Of a stretch of 32,952 bases of DNA, positions 14,613 to 24,016 are shown piece after piece. Source of the stretch: Eubacteriales bacterium (GTDB lineage Bacteria > Bacillota > Clostridia > Oscillospirales > CAG-272); contig JAZNWM010000089.1 of assembly GCA_045593345.1 (NCBI GenBank), forward strand, positions 1 to 32,952, written 5' to 3'. Numbering within the stretch: the stretch's first letter is position 1; each line of letters starts with the position of its first letter. A program made the translations under genes and the position numbers. Below the pieces are notes generated by a model. The model was not told the origin of the DNA, ran no database searches, and saw nothing but the letters and a program-made list of their open reading frames with translations.

Positions 14613-14646
14613 CCCCGAAGAGAAATCTTCGGGGCTTTGGCTTTTT
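14613..14646 (+). terminator. Terminator after tRNA-Thr
   Basis: CCCCGAAG-N6-CTTCGGGG, then ctttggcttttt. Confidence 0.75.
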
Positions 14647-14970
14647 ATAGGAGTTTTGAGGCATTTTTTAAGGGAGTGCCTTTTTGTTTTCCGGGGTTGT
14701 CGGGAGTTGCTACTCACGCTTTGAATTGTGTTCTGCTCCTTAGGAGTAGAACCAGTTCGCATACCCCGCTTGGAGATCGGCAAGCTTGTTTGTCGGACAA
14801 AACCCAAGGATTCTGACGATTAAAGACAACTAATATTTACAAAGAGGTCAATCGAACGGTTGACCTTTTTATTGTTTTACAAGAATAAATATACTTCTTG
14901 CAATATCAAAAAATATATGATATACTATTTACAACACAGTTAAATAATCACACACCGAAAGGGGAAAATT

Positions 14971-16206
14971 ATGAAGGCGATCAAGATTATACTCGCGATA
15001 ATACTCGGATTGTGTCTTATTTGCGGTGGCTTTGCGATAGCAAACGAGCTGCATCAGACCGCGATGAACGAGTACATTGACAGCTTTGGCAGGGTGGAGA
15101 TAGAGAATCAGCTGGTTCCCGAGCTTGACGAGGCGGGAAGATATTACTTCACCACCGACGGCGATTTTAAGGTAATGCAGCTTACCGACGTACATATCGG
15201 CGGCGGAATTCTCTCCGGCGAAAAGGATAAGAAGGCGATAAACGCCGTTGCGGCGATGATTACCGCAGAAAAGCCCGATATGGTAGTGGTGACGGGAGAT
15301 ATTTCCTTCGCTGTGCCCTGGGCGGGAACGATAAACAATAAGTACGCACACGAGTATTTCAAGCGGCTGATGGAAAATCTCGGCGTATACTGGACCGTCA
15401 CCTTCGGCAACCACGACTCCGAGATCTACGATTACTATAACAGAGCTGCGGTAGCCGAGATGTACGAGGACGAGGCGATGAAGTACTGCCTGTTCTCCTC
15501 CGAGGACGGCGGCGTTTGGGGTGAATGCAACCACGTAATTAACGTAAAAAACAGCCTCGGCGTCATTACCCAAAGCCTTATTATGATGGATACCAACTCC
15601 TACACCGACGAGGATCCCCTGGGCATCAAGTGGATATACGACAACATCCACGAGGACCAGATAGAGTGGTACAGAGATACCGTCACCGAGCTTAACGCCT
15701 ACAACAAGGCGATTATCAGCGGCCTTGACACAGATGAATATGACGGTCTTACCACGGTGAAGAGCCTGCTCTTCATCCACATTCCCCTGATGGAGGTGCG
15801 TCAGGCGGTGGAGGTTTATCTTGGCGAGTCGGAGGCAATGCCCGACGGACTCGGCGAGGTTGAATACATTCGCGGTAAGATCGGTGAGAAGTCCCCCTAC
15901 GTATACTGCTCGGAGGACGGTGAGATGATGTTCGAGACTATGATAAGTCTCGGCAGCACACAGGCTATGTTCTACGGCCACGACCATCTTAACAATATTC
16001 TTCTTGAGTGCGGCGGCATCAAAATGTCCTACGGCTATTCTATCGATTACTTTGCCTACTCGGGTATTGATAAGCTTGGCTCACAGCGTGGCTGTACGGT
16101 AATAACCTGCCACAGCGACTCTACCATTGAGATCACCCACGAGAACTATTATCAGGATAAATATCAGCCTCTTTATGAAAAAGAGGTTGTGGATATGACT
16201 AATTAA
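14971..16206 (+). CDS. Membrane-anchored metallophosphoesterase (calcineurin-like)
   Basis: N-terminal TM helix. Motifs LTDVHIG, VVTGDISF, FGNHD and GHDHLNN. Confidence 0.85.
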   Translation: MKAIKIILAIILGLCLICGGFAIANELHQTAMNEYIDSFGRVEIENQLVPELDEAGRYYFTTDGDFKVMQLTDVHIGGGILSGEKDKKAINAVAAMITAEKPDMVVVTGDISFAVPWAGTINNKYAHEYFKRLMENLGVYWTVTFGNHDSEIYDYYNRAAVAEMYEDEAMKYCLFSSEDGGVWGECNHVINVKNSLGVITQSLIMMDTNSYTDEDPLGIKWIYDNIHEDQIEWYRDTVTELNAYNKAIISGLDTDEYDGLTTVKSLLFIHIPLMEVRQAVEVYLGESEAMPDGLGEVEYIRGKIGEKSPYVYCSEDGEMMFETMISLGSTQAMFYGHDHLNNILLECGGIKMSYGYSIDYFAYSGIDKLGSQRGCTVITCHSDSTIEITHENYYQDKYQPLYEKEVVDMTN

Positions 16207-16239
16207 AGAGGCAGATAATACACAAAAACGGGGGTACGT

Positions 16240-17157
16240 ATGATGAAAAAGCTTACAAGGTACATATCATTAGCCCTTTTACTTTGCGTTGCCCTTCTTG
16301 CCCTTTGCTCCTGTGCCTACATAGGATACAGAGGTGAATATGCAGGGGCATACACGCTTGTATACACCCAGGTTCCCGGCACACGCGGAGCAACGCAGGA
16401 GACGGTGATCTTCCGTGATCCGCAGATAATCCTGCTGGAGAGCGACTCGATGGGACGGGGACTTTACCTCTACCTCGAGGACACCCTCGGCCCGCTGTCG
16501 CTGGTTATAGTACAGCGTGAGGATGGGGATAAGGTTTATTTCTACCCCGAGGCATCGGCAATGTCCTTCAGAACACCCGACCGCATCTACGATCTGTATG
16601 ACGCCGAGCTTTCCGAGGAGGAGCTTATCTCGCTGTACCGCGAGCTTTGCTCGGATGCGGTGCTTACCTCCTTTAAGGCGGAAAACGACTGGGATATGCC
16701 CATCGACGAGAGCCGCCTTGACAGTGCGAAAATAAGCAAACCTACTCTTACAAGCCCCTGGTCCTACCGTACGGGCAGAGTGGTGACGCCCTTCCTCGAA
16801 TGGCGGGATATTTTGCTTGGCGAAGCGGTGAAGAACGGACACAGCGTGCCCGAGTACTTCTTAAACGGCAGCCACGGTATGAACATATACGACAGCTATA
16901 TGGCAACCGACAGGTACGGCAGAGAGCTGCACTATATTGAATCCTATTATTACGTTTTCAGCGAGGAGGGCGTTTACCCGCAGACCACCACCGAGTATTA
17001 CCTCGAGATGCTGGCGATAATCAATCCCGACGGCACGTTTGACCGCGACAGCTTCATTATAGAGCTGTCCGATATCTGCGATCCCGATGACGAAATGCGT
17101 ATACTTAAGGAAAGATGCGGCTGGAATCAGCCTCTTTACCAGGAGGTGGAGAGATGA
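16240..17157 (+). CDS. Hypothetical lipoprotein (paralog A)
   Basis: Lipobox LALCSCA. Shares collinear motifs with the next CDS. Confidence 0.8.
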   Translation: MMKKLTRYISLALLLCVALLALCSCAYIGYRGEYAGAYTLVYTQVPGTRGATQETVIFRDPQIILLESDSMGRGLYLYLEDTLGPLSLVIVQREDGDKVYFYPEASAMSFRTPDRIYDLYDAELSEEELISLYRELCSDAVLTSFKAENDWDMPIDESRLDSAKISKPTLTSPWSYRTGRVVTPFLEWRDILLGEAVKNGHSVPEYFLNGSHGMNIYDSYMATDRYGRELHYIESYYYVFSEEGVYPQTTTEYYLEMLAIINPDGTFDRDSFIIELSDICDPDDEMRILKERCGWNQPLYQEVER

Positions 17158-17987
17158 AACGGAAAATATCCCTATTGATTCTTACTCTTATACTAACCCT
17201 TTCCCTGCTCCTTACAGTCGGCTGCAAGCCCGACTTTGGCGGCGAGAATCCCGATCTCTGCTCGGTGGCGTGGGTAAATCTGCCGGGTGCGATAGGCTAC
17301 AGCTCTAACGGTGAGGTGAACCGTCCACCGTCGGTGCTGCTGCTCGAGACCGACTCGGAGGGCCGCAGGCTGTACTACTACAAGGAGAGCAGAAGCCCAT
17401 ATTGGCATATTCTTATTGCACAGATGAGCGAGGGTGAGAGTGTATACTACTACCCCGACGACTGCTATCTCTCCTATCCCGACGGCGAGCAGTCTCTTGA
17501 GATAGGCAGCTGGGATGACGTGAGGGCGATGATTTACGAGCGGGTATCGGCAGAGGAGCTTTCGGCATTCAAATCACTTAACGATTGGGGTAAGCCTATA
17601 AGCAGGGACAAATGCGAGGGCACCCCTATTCTGACGAGAAAATCCGAGGGAAAAAGCAACCCCGACAGAAGCCGACTTGAAGAATACGCCGAGGAATATT
17701 ACGCAAGGGTAGGAAGATACATACATCCCAGAAATTCCGATCTTGGAAGAAGTGCAACCTACCTCACCTGCGATAGCTACGGCAGAGAGCTTTACGTCGT
17801 GGACTCCTGGGTGGTTGAATACGGTGTCAAGAGCGAGACCACATATTATTACTCTCTTCTGATGGTAATAATGCCCGACGGCTCCTGCAACACCTCAACC
17901 ATAATCCTCGTCGAAAATCCAAACGACTGTCGCGACGCAATAAAGCAAATAAAGCTTGATAATAATTGGAATTTACCTATCGAATAA
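17154..17987 (+). CDS. Hypothetical lipoprotein (paralog B)
   Basis: Start moved to MKRKISLLILTLILTLSLLLTVGC (ATG 17154) after AGGAGGTGGAGAG. ATGA overlap with paralog A. Confidence 0.8.
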   Translation: MKRKISLLILTLILTLSLLLTVGCKPDFGGENPDLCSVAWVNLPGAIGYSSNGEVNRPPSVLLLETDSEGRRLYYYKESRSPYWHILIAQMSEGESVYYYPDDCYLSYPDGEQSLEIGSWDDVRAMIYERVSAEELSAFKSLNDWGKPISRDKCEGTPILTRKSEGKSNPDRSRLEEYAEEYYARVGRYIHPRNSDLGRSATYLTCDSYGRELYVVDSWVVEYGVKSETTYYYSLLMVIMPDGSCNTSTIILVENPNDCRDAIKQIKLDNNWNLPIE

Positions 17988-17995
17988 ATAAAAAT

Positions 17996-18021
17996 GGGGC
18001 TATCTCACACGAGATAGCCCC
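17996..18021. terminator. Hairpin terminator between convergent genes
   Basis: GGGGCTATCTC-ACAC-GAGATAGCCCC. Confidence 0.7.
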
Positions 18022-18168
18022 AAAGCTGTTTTATGGTTATTTTATAGAAAAAATATGAAAAATTACTCGGTTTCCTCATCGGTGGGGTAAATAAACTCCA
18101 GCGTACCGTCAAGGTAGGTCTCGATATCCTCGTCCATAGGGACGACAATTCCGTTTGGCATTATATAG

Positions 18169-18804
18169 CTACTCTTCAGCTGACAAAATAACCTTATTAT
18201 CAACTACCTTGTAACAAATAGCCATAGATTCTAAACAATTATATTGAGATGCATCACAGCTTTGTTTTGCTCCGTAAAGACCAATGTAGATTGCTCCCTT
18301 TTCATTTTTGAAGAGCTTTCCGGGTATCCATATCTTTTCCGAATGACTAAATGCTATCTCATAAGAGGATTCATACTCTTTTTTCTCACATCGATATTTT
18401 TCTGAAACAAGGTTATGATAAACTCGTTTAGCAACTACACTGTCCCCAAAATCATTGCTAAATCGCAATTCAAAGCAGGGATAATCGTGTGACTCCATTT
18501 CTTTTTCTAAATCGTCATCAAAATCTCCGCCATAAAAGAAATCCAGAATCACAAAATTAATATTGAACTCCGATTTATCACCCTTACACGCACAGTAAAA
18601 TAAGTTATCGATTTCAGGAGGATAGGTGCCTTTGTGTTGTAGCTTCCAGCTCTCATCATATTCAAATCCTTTTTCAAAGCCTTCGCTTGTATCCTGACCT
18701 AAAAGATCATTCCAGGCACATCCCGTTAAAGAAAGGCTGATTATCAGTAGGATAAGTAATAGCCTGTATATTTTGTTGATTCTTTTTGCTGCGTTAAAAC
18801 CCAT
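18169..18804 (-). CDS. Hypothetical lipoprotein (AT-rich cassette)
   Basis: Lipobox LSLTGCA; RBS AGAGGAG; AT-rich codon usage unlike the flanks. Confidence 0.75.
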   Translation of the reverse strand: MGFNAAKRINKIYRLLLILLIISLSLTGCAWNDLLGQDTSEGFEKGFEYDESWKLQHKGTYPPEIDNLFYCACKGDKSEFNINFVILDFFYGGDFDDDLEKEMESHDYPCFELRFSNDFGDSVVAKRVYHNLVSEKYRCEKKEYESSYEIAFSHSEKIWIPGKLFKNEKGAIYIGLYGAKQSCDASQYNCLESMAICYKVVDNKVILSAEE

Positions 18805-18854
18805 AACAGTTCTCCTCTTGATTATGTATTTTTGAATTATTGATCATAGATTTT

Positions 18855-19820
18855 TTATATTTCCTCCCCTCCGCTAATTATTTCAACAAAATCCCGAACG
18901 TTAATTAAGCCATAATTGGTGACAGAGCCGTCCTCATGTACGATACTGTATTTATCCATGATCATTATGCTCATCATATCGTCGTAATAGTTTTTGAACT
19001 CTGTTGTAGAATAATAATTTTGATTATAGCTTTGATCATCCCATAAGCGAAATAATAAATAATATTCCCCATCTAAATAAATGCAGCGTGTTTTATAATC
19101 ATAACCGCTGATTGCGGAGGGGAAGGAGGTCTCATAGATATTACTCTTGCTGGACTGATAGATATAAAGCCAACGCTTATCATATTCATCCGATTCGTTA
19201 ACGTTTTGACCATTAATAAATTTGGTTTCAAACATATTAAAATTTTCAAATCGGGGGGCGTCCTCCTCACAGGCTAAATTCTCAACTAATGAGGCTATGT
19301 TGAACTGAAATGCAACCAAGATCTTTTGACCTTTATAGGATTCTTTTATATCCGCCGCCTTTTCAACTTCAACCCAAGTATACTCATCGGTACAGCAGTA
19401 ATTGAGAGATTCGTACTCGCACGCAGGGCTATAATATCCGCATACGAAATAACAGCTTGAATAAGCAAAATCGACAAGCAACGGACGAGCTCCGTTTTTT
19501 ATTTCATCTATATAGTATGCTATCGTTGTATCGCCTTTATCGGCTTGCATCATTCTGTGCTTCAAAAAATAATTCAAGGCAAGTACAACATTACTGTTCG
19601 CATCCAACTCGTTTAACGAAGGCTCGTCTTGCGAATCCTCATTTTTCTCGTCCGAGCCGTCTCCACTAGATTCTTGGTTTATGTTATCTTTATTTTCGCC
19701 ATCTTCTGTATCTCCATTAAACCACGAATTAACGAAGTCAAAAGAGCAGGACGATAACAGGCTGACCGTCAATAGACAGAGCAGTAGCAAAGAAGCAATT
19801 TTTAATAAACTCCTTTTCAT
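18855..19820 (-). CDS. Hypothetical lipoprotein (AT-rich cassette)
   Basis: Lipobox LLSSCS, an acidic S/D/E/N linker, RBS AAGGAG. Confidence 0.75.
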   Translation of the reverse strand: MKRSLLKIASLLLLCLLTVSLLSSCSFDFVNSWFNGDTEDGENKDNINQESSGDGSDEKNEDSQDEPSLNELDANSNVVLALNYFLKHRMMQADKGDTTIAYYIDEIKNGARPLLVDFAYSSCYFVCGYYSPACEYESLNYCCTDEYTWVEVEKAADIKESYKGQKILVAFQFNIASLVENLACEEDAPRFENFNMFETKFINGQNVNESDEYDKRWLYIYQSSKSNIYETSFPSAISGYDYKTRCIYLDGEYYLLFRLWDDQSYNQNYYSTTEFKNYYDDMMSIMIMDKYSIVHEDGSVTNYGLINVRDFVEIISGGEEI

Positions 19821-19849
19821 ATCATTCTCCTTATAGTATATTTTCTTTC

Positions 19850-19879
19850 ATTATATCACACGGCTAAATACCTTGTCAA
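19850..19879 (-). promoter_or_regulatory. Promoter of the AT-rich lipoprotein pair
   Basis: Minus strand TTGACA-18 nt-TATAAT. Confidence 0.6.
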
Positions 19880-20012
19880 CAAAAAGTAATTAACCCATCG
19901 GGCTCTACCGTCTTTCTTGTTTTTTTCAAAAAATACCCCTCTATATATTAAGACGAAAAAATGACGAAAAGGTTTCAGAAAAATGATATTTTTTTAAAAA
20001 ATATAAAAAAGA

Positions 20013-20044
20013 AAGGACGAAGATTTAATTCCTCGTCCTTTTTG
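20013..20044 (-). terminator. Terminator after the nuclease gene (palindromic)
   Basis: AAGGACGAAG-N8-CCTCGTCCTT with T/A tracts on both sides. Confidence 0.7.
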
Positions 20045-20050
20045 TTATAT

Positions 20051-21373
20051 TTATTTCGAAATCGCGTCCAGCAGGGTGCTGTCGGTGATGCCGAGAGTCA
20101 TCAGGATAAGTATCAGCTCGGCGTCGCTTTCCACCCCTGCCATAAGGCTGTCCAGGGTGAGAGTCACCTTGGCACCGCAGACGGGACAGGTCTTGATGAA
20201 GCTATCGTCGTCGGCAAGCTCCCATTCTCCATAGGCGTGTGCATTGGTGGTGGGGATCTCAGAGCCGCGGGTGATAAGCTCGTCGCAATCGGCACAGTAA
20301 ATATCACCGGTATATCCCTCGTTGTAGCAATCTGCCGCCTTGCTGTTCTTAAGCACAGTTTGTGCGTGAGTACATACAGGAGGATCAACAGGCTTGTCAC
20401 CCGTATTACCACTGTCGCCGGTGTTACCGCCATCACCAGTGTTGCCACCGTCACCTGTGTTACCGCCGCCCGTACTGCCCTGCTTTGCCTCGCCGGAGGG
20501 GGTGGTCATATCCGAGGGAACCTCCCTGCCAAAAATAAGCCAGGCGTATTCGGGATAATCAATAAACACGTTTCTGTTGCCCTGAATAGCCTCAACGACC
20601 TCGTTTCTGCCCATCTCCCAGGTATCAACGGGATCAAGCTCGCACCATTCGAGCAGGACGTCAACGCTCTGGAACACCTTGGTAATGCTTGTCGCACCCC
20701 AATCCGAGCCCCATCTTACGTAGACGTAAAGACAGATTCTGGCAACGTCACCCTTCACGCTATCAAGAGGCTCAAAGTAGGTGGAGGAGGTTCCGCCCAG
20801 GTATCCCGATGCGGGATTGCTGCCGTAGACCTGCTTGCCACCGCTTGCATTGCCGTACTTCTTATTACCTCTGGTGCTGTTAACAACCGCGTCGGAGGGA
20901 CGGATGTGGTGAAGGTCGGCACCGCCGCCCGTGGTGGTATCACCGCCAAGGCTCTTGGGCCATATATGCTCACGGTTCCAGCCGTTCCACTGATTCATCG
21001 TAGCGTCGTAATCGGTGTAGATAAGGCTGAGATTCTTGGTATTGTTGTTCTCACAATCGGTAAGATTTGCCTTATAATGACAGTCGTCATAGGAGGAAAG
21101 CTTATTGTGGGTGGTTTTCATCAGAGTACTAAGGCTGGACTGGATCTCGGCCGCCGAAAGCTCCGAGAGGTTATCGTAGGTATATTTGCCGCTGTAATAG
21201 CTGTTTGCACTCGTGCCGCTAAGGGTAGTGCATACCACGTCACGCTGGCCCGAGTTAGAGCTTGACGAATAGGATGCGGGCTGATCGGATACGGCGTTTG
21301 CAGGAAGGTAGCTGCCTATTAATATTACGACGGTAAGCAGAGCCGCTACCGAGCTTTTTATAAATCTCATCAT
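20051..21373 (-). CDS. Secreted endonuclease I family nuclease with a GNTGD-repeat linker and a Cys-rich C-terminal domain
   Basis: Signal peptide ending PANA. REHIWPKSLGG, DLHHIRPSD and NSTRGN motifs (Endonuclease_1-type). (GGNTGD)x4. C-terminal C..C/CADC/CPVC. Confidence 0.8.
   Translation of the reverse strand: MMRFIKSSVAALLTVVILIGSYLPANAVSDQPASYSSSSNSGQRDVVCTTLSGTSANSYYSGKYTYDNLSELSAAEIQSSLSTLMKTTHNKLSSYDDCHYKANLTDCENNNTKNLSLIYTDYDATMNQWNGWNREHIWPKSLGGDTTTGGGADLHHIRPSDAVVNSTRGNKKYGNASGGKQVYGSNPASGYLGGTSSTYFEPLDSVKGDVARICLYVYVRWGSDWGATSITKVFQSVDVLLEWCELDPVDTWEMGRNEVVEAIQGNRNVFIDYPEYAWLIFGREVPSDMTTPSGEAKQGSTGGGNTGDGGNTGDGGNTGDSGNTGDKPVDPPVCTHAQTVLKNSKAADCYNEGYTGDIYCADCDELITRGSEIPTTNAHAYGEWELADDDSFIKTCPVCGAKVTLTLDSLMAGVESDAELILILMTLGITDSTLLDAISK
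20398..20472. repeat. In-frame 18-nt tandem repeats encoding GGNTGD x4
   Basis: gtcgccggtgttaccgcc / atcaccagtgttgccacc / gtcacctgtgttaccgcc and a flanking degenerate unit. Confidence 0.75.
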
Positions 21374-21388
21374 AACTACCTCCTATTC

Positions 21389-22177
21389 TTATCCGAGAAT
21401 ACTGTCAGCCGACACCTCGGTGAAAATATCGTCGGCACCCTGGGGGACGGAAATCGTGAATTCGCTGTCGTAATCGTAATCGGCATAGAGATGCATCGTA
21501 AGGCTGTAATCAACGCCGTCCATATTAACGGTGAAATTGCAGGAGAGAACGGAGGAATGATCTCTGCCATCCTTGACCTCAAGCTGATATGCGGCAGACT
21601 CGAGAGTCACCACCGCACCAAAGCCCTCAAAGCTCTTCGCTACTATACCCCTAAGGCTCTCTCTCGACTCGTCGGTCATTTCCTCGCAGGTATAAGAGTA
21701 ATTAAGGCCCGAGCCAATCTTTGACAGGGAGAGGAAATCGCCGATACCGATGTCAGCACCCGGGCCCGCCTTGGAGATAAGGCTGCTCCTTCCCTCCTCG
21801 CTAATAGCTGCACGCTGATGCTCGGAAACGGTCTTGTCACCGATCCTCAGAGTATTGGAGGAATACAGAACGCCGTCAACAAGAATATACTCGGCAGAGA
21901 CCGATAGGTTGTCATATTCTGCCTTGGTAAGGATCTGAACGTCCTCTCCGTCAACGCGAAGGGTAACGGTGGGAGTGCCGATGGCTGAAACGGCATCCTT
22001 CATCTTAGCGTCATCGGTAGCGTACACAACCCGAAGATTTGCCGTATATTTATCCGACGGAAGTGCCTCGTCGGGTGTTCCCTGGCCCTTATCATCAGGG
22101 CCAACGCAGGAGGCGAGACAGCCGCAGATTATCATTACAAATAAAAGCAATGCGGTGATCTTCCTAATCATACTCAT
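21389..22177 (-). CDS. Hypothetical lipoprotein
   Basis: Lipobox CLASCVG; RBS AAGGAG; 15-nt gap to the nuclease gene downstream. Confidence 0.8.
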   Translation of the reverse strand: MSMIRKITALLLFVMIICGCLASCVGPDDKGQGTPDEALPSDKYTANLRVVYATDDAKMKDAVSAIGTPTVTLRVDGEDVQILTKAEYDNLSVSAEYILVDGVLYSSNTLRIGDKTVSEHQRAAISEEGRSSLISKAGPGADIGIGDFLSLSKIGSGLNYSYTCEEMTDESRESLRGIVAKSFEGFGAVVTLESAAYQLEVKDGRDHSSVLSCNFTVNMDGVDYSLTMHLYADYDYDSEFTISVPQGADDIFTEVSADSILG

Positions 22178-22278
22178 ATAATTCTCCTTATAAATAATAC
22201 GTTTATAAATACTTTTCCATTTACATTTTACATCACATTGCGAAAAAAGTCAATAGAATTACAAAAACCAAATAATAT

Positions 22279-22307
22279 TTGCATTTTCACAAGCGATGTG
22301 ATATAAT
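22279..22307 (+). promoter_or_regulatory. Promoter of the MFS transporter gene
   Basis: TTGCAT-17 nt-TATAAT. Confidence 0.6.
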
Positions 22308-22340
22308 ATGTCAAGCACTTTAAAAGGAATCGGATAATCA

Positions 22341-23495
22341 ATGTACTCACTTCTTTTATCGGTAATTTATCTCGCCTTTATCAGCCTCGGTCTGCCCGAC
22401 TCTCTGCTCGGTGCGGCGTGGCCTACGATATATGCGGAGATGGGCGTTCCCATATCCTATATGGGTATCGTCACGATGATCATTTCGGGATCAACCATAG
22501 CCTCCAGCCTGCTCTGTGACAGAGTGGTGGCTCGGCTTGGAACCCACCGCATTACTACAGTCAGCATCGGACTTACCGCCCTGGCAATGCTCGGCTTCTG
22601 GCAATCGAGAGAATTCTGGCAGCTGTGTCTGTTGGCAATTCCCTACGGACTCGGTGCAGGGGCAATCGACGCCTCGCTTAACAATTACGTCGCGACCCAC
22701 TACAACTCCCGTCATATGAGCTGGCTTCACTGCTTCTGGGGTGTGGGAACCATAGTCAGCCCCTACGTTATGAGCTATGCCCTCACCCGCTCGGTATGGC
22801 AGGACGGATATAAAGCCGTTGGAATCCTTCAGCTGTGTATACTTCTTATCGTTCTGATCTCCTCTCCCCTCTGGAAGCTTCACAGCAGTAAAGGCGGTGA
22901 GACGGTCACAGTCGAGCCTATCGGCATACGCGGTGCAATAAAAACCAAGGGTGCTCTTCCCGTTTTTATAGGCTTTATGTCTTACTGTGCCGCAGAATCC
23001 ACCGCAATGCTGTGGACGAGCAGCTATTTTGAGGGAGTGTTCGGTATGCCGAAGGAGGAGGCGGCTGCACTTGGCTCTATATTCTTTATCGGTATGACGG
23101 CAGGCAGATTTTTGAGCGGATTCATTTCAGACAGGCTTGGTGACAGCAAAATGATCCGTCTCGGAGCGACGGTAGCGATCCTGGGAATCATACTCGCCTC
23201 CATTCCCTTCAGATGGGTTGCCATCACGGGCTTTGTTATAATCGGTCTCGGATGTGCACCCATATACCCCTCTATCGTTCACTCAACACCCACCCGCTTC
23301 GGTGCGGAAAGGTCGCAAAGCATTATCGGTATACAGATGGCGTCGGCATATCTCGGCTCAACCCTTATGCCACCACTGTTCGGCGTTATTGCGGACTATA
23401 TCGGTCTGTCAATTATGCCGCTGTACCTCGCCTTCTTTATAATAGTAATGATCCTGCTTCTCACCTACGCGGATAAGCTGTTGGCAAAAAAATAA
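22341..23495 (+). CDS. MFS transporter
   Basis: About 12 hydrophobic helices and a D-R-x-G-type loop (CDRVVARLG). Confidence 0.85.
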   Translation: MYSLLLSVIYLAFISLGLPDSLLGAAWPTIYAEMGVPISYMGIVTMIISGSTIASSLLCDRVVARLGTHRITTVSIGLTALAMLGFWQSREFWQLCLLAIPYGLGAGAIDASLNNYVATHYNSRHMSWLHCFWGVGTIVSPYVMSYALTRSVWQDGYKAVGILQLCILLIVLISSPLWKLHSSKGGETVTVEPIGIRGAIKTKGALPVFIGFMSYCAAESTAMLWTSSYFEGVFGMPKEEAAALGSIFFIGMTAGRFLSGFISDRLGDSKMIRLGATVAILGIILASIPFRWVAITGFVIIGLGCAPIYPSIVHSTPTRFGAERSQSIIGIQMASAYLGSTLMPPLFGVIADYIGLSIMPLYLAFFIIVMILLLTYADKLLAKK

Positions 23496-23522
23496 GGACT
23501 CTTAAAAACAGAGTCCTTTATT
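23496..23522. terminator. Terminator between MFS and ASCH genes
   Basis: GGACTCT-N7-AGAGTCC followed by TTTATTT. Confidence 0.7.
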
Positions 23523-23532
23523 TGTATATTCA

Positions 23533-23898
23533 TTAATTAATATATTTATCAAGCTCCACAAGTCTTATTTCAATTGCCACCACGCCGTAGGCTGCCTGAC
23601 GCTCCTTCGAGTAATATATATCCATATCCGAGGGCGAGGCCGTATCTATATCCTCCTCGGTATATCCGCACTTCAGCAGAGGCAGGGCGGCGTACAGCTC
23701 GGTGAAGGAGTCAAAGAGGTGAAGTGCCACCACACGACAGCGTATGTAATCCTCGCCGCCACGACTTCTGGTGAAGATTATCTCGTCCCCCGCCTTGATC
23801 TGCCGACGCTTCTCATCGTAAAGACGAAGCTCGTATATTTTCTTGCCCGACGCGATCATATCGAAGGGCGAGTCGTGAAGGTTCATTTCGTGCAGCAT
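23533..23898 (-). CDS. ASCH domain protein
   Basis: FDMIASGKKIYELRLYDEKRRQIKAGDEIIF matches the ASCH N-terminal pattern (F..I..G.K..E.RL.D.KR..i..GD.I.F). Confidence 0.7.
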   Translation of the reverse strand: MLHEMNLHDSPFDMIASGKKIYELRLYDEKRRQIKAGDEIIFTRSRGGEDYIRCRVVALHLFDSFTELYAALPLLKCGYTEEDIDTASPSDMDIYYSKERQAAYGVVAIEIRLVELDKYIN

Positions 23899-24016
23899 AA
23901 TACACCTCGCATTGATTTGATAAACACATTATACCATAAATCTTAATTGGGTGCAATAGCGTCACACTTTTTTTCGCACGGCGTAAAATAAGGATAAACG
24001 CTTTTTGGAGGAAAAA

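Noticed and set aside
14508-14816. ORFs on both strands across tRNA-Thr
   Set aside because: They overlap a confident tRNA and its terminator, so they are spurious.
14650-14870. About 200 nt of non-coding sequence after tRNA-Thr with two further hairpins (14659-14690, 14844-14870), considered as an sRNA or riboswitch
   Set aside because: I recognise no known riboswitch or leader fold, and the next gene has its own promoter-like TTGCAA-17-TATACT after the last hairpin. The only notable point is the caaggattctgacg word shared with 14029-14042, which is reported in the scar-region finding.
14929-15987. 352-aa minus-strand ORF
   Set aside because: It is antisense to the metallophosphoesterase gene, which has clear catalytic motifs. 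It has no RBS and no recognisable features.
19961-21265. 434-aa plus-strand ORF
   Set aside because: It is entirely antisense to the well-supported nuclease gene. The product is low-complexity and G/A/V-rich, with no RBS and no motifs. This is a typical shadow ORF in GC-biased coding DNA.
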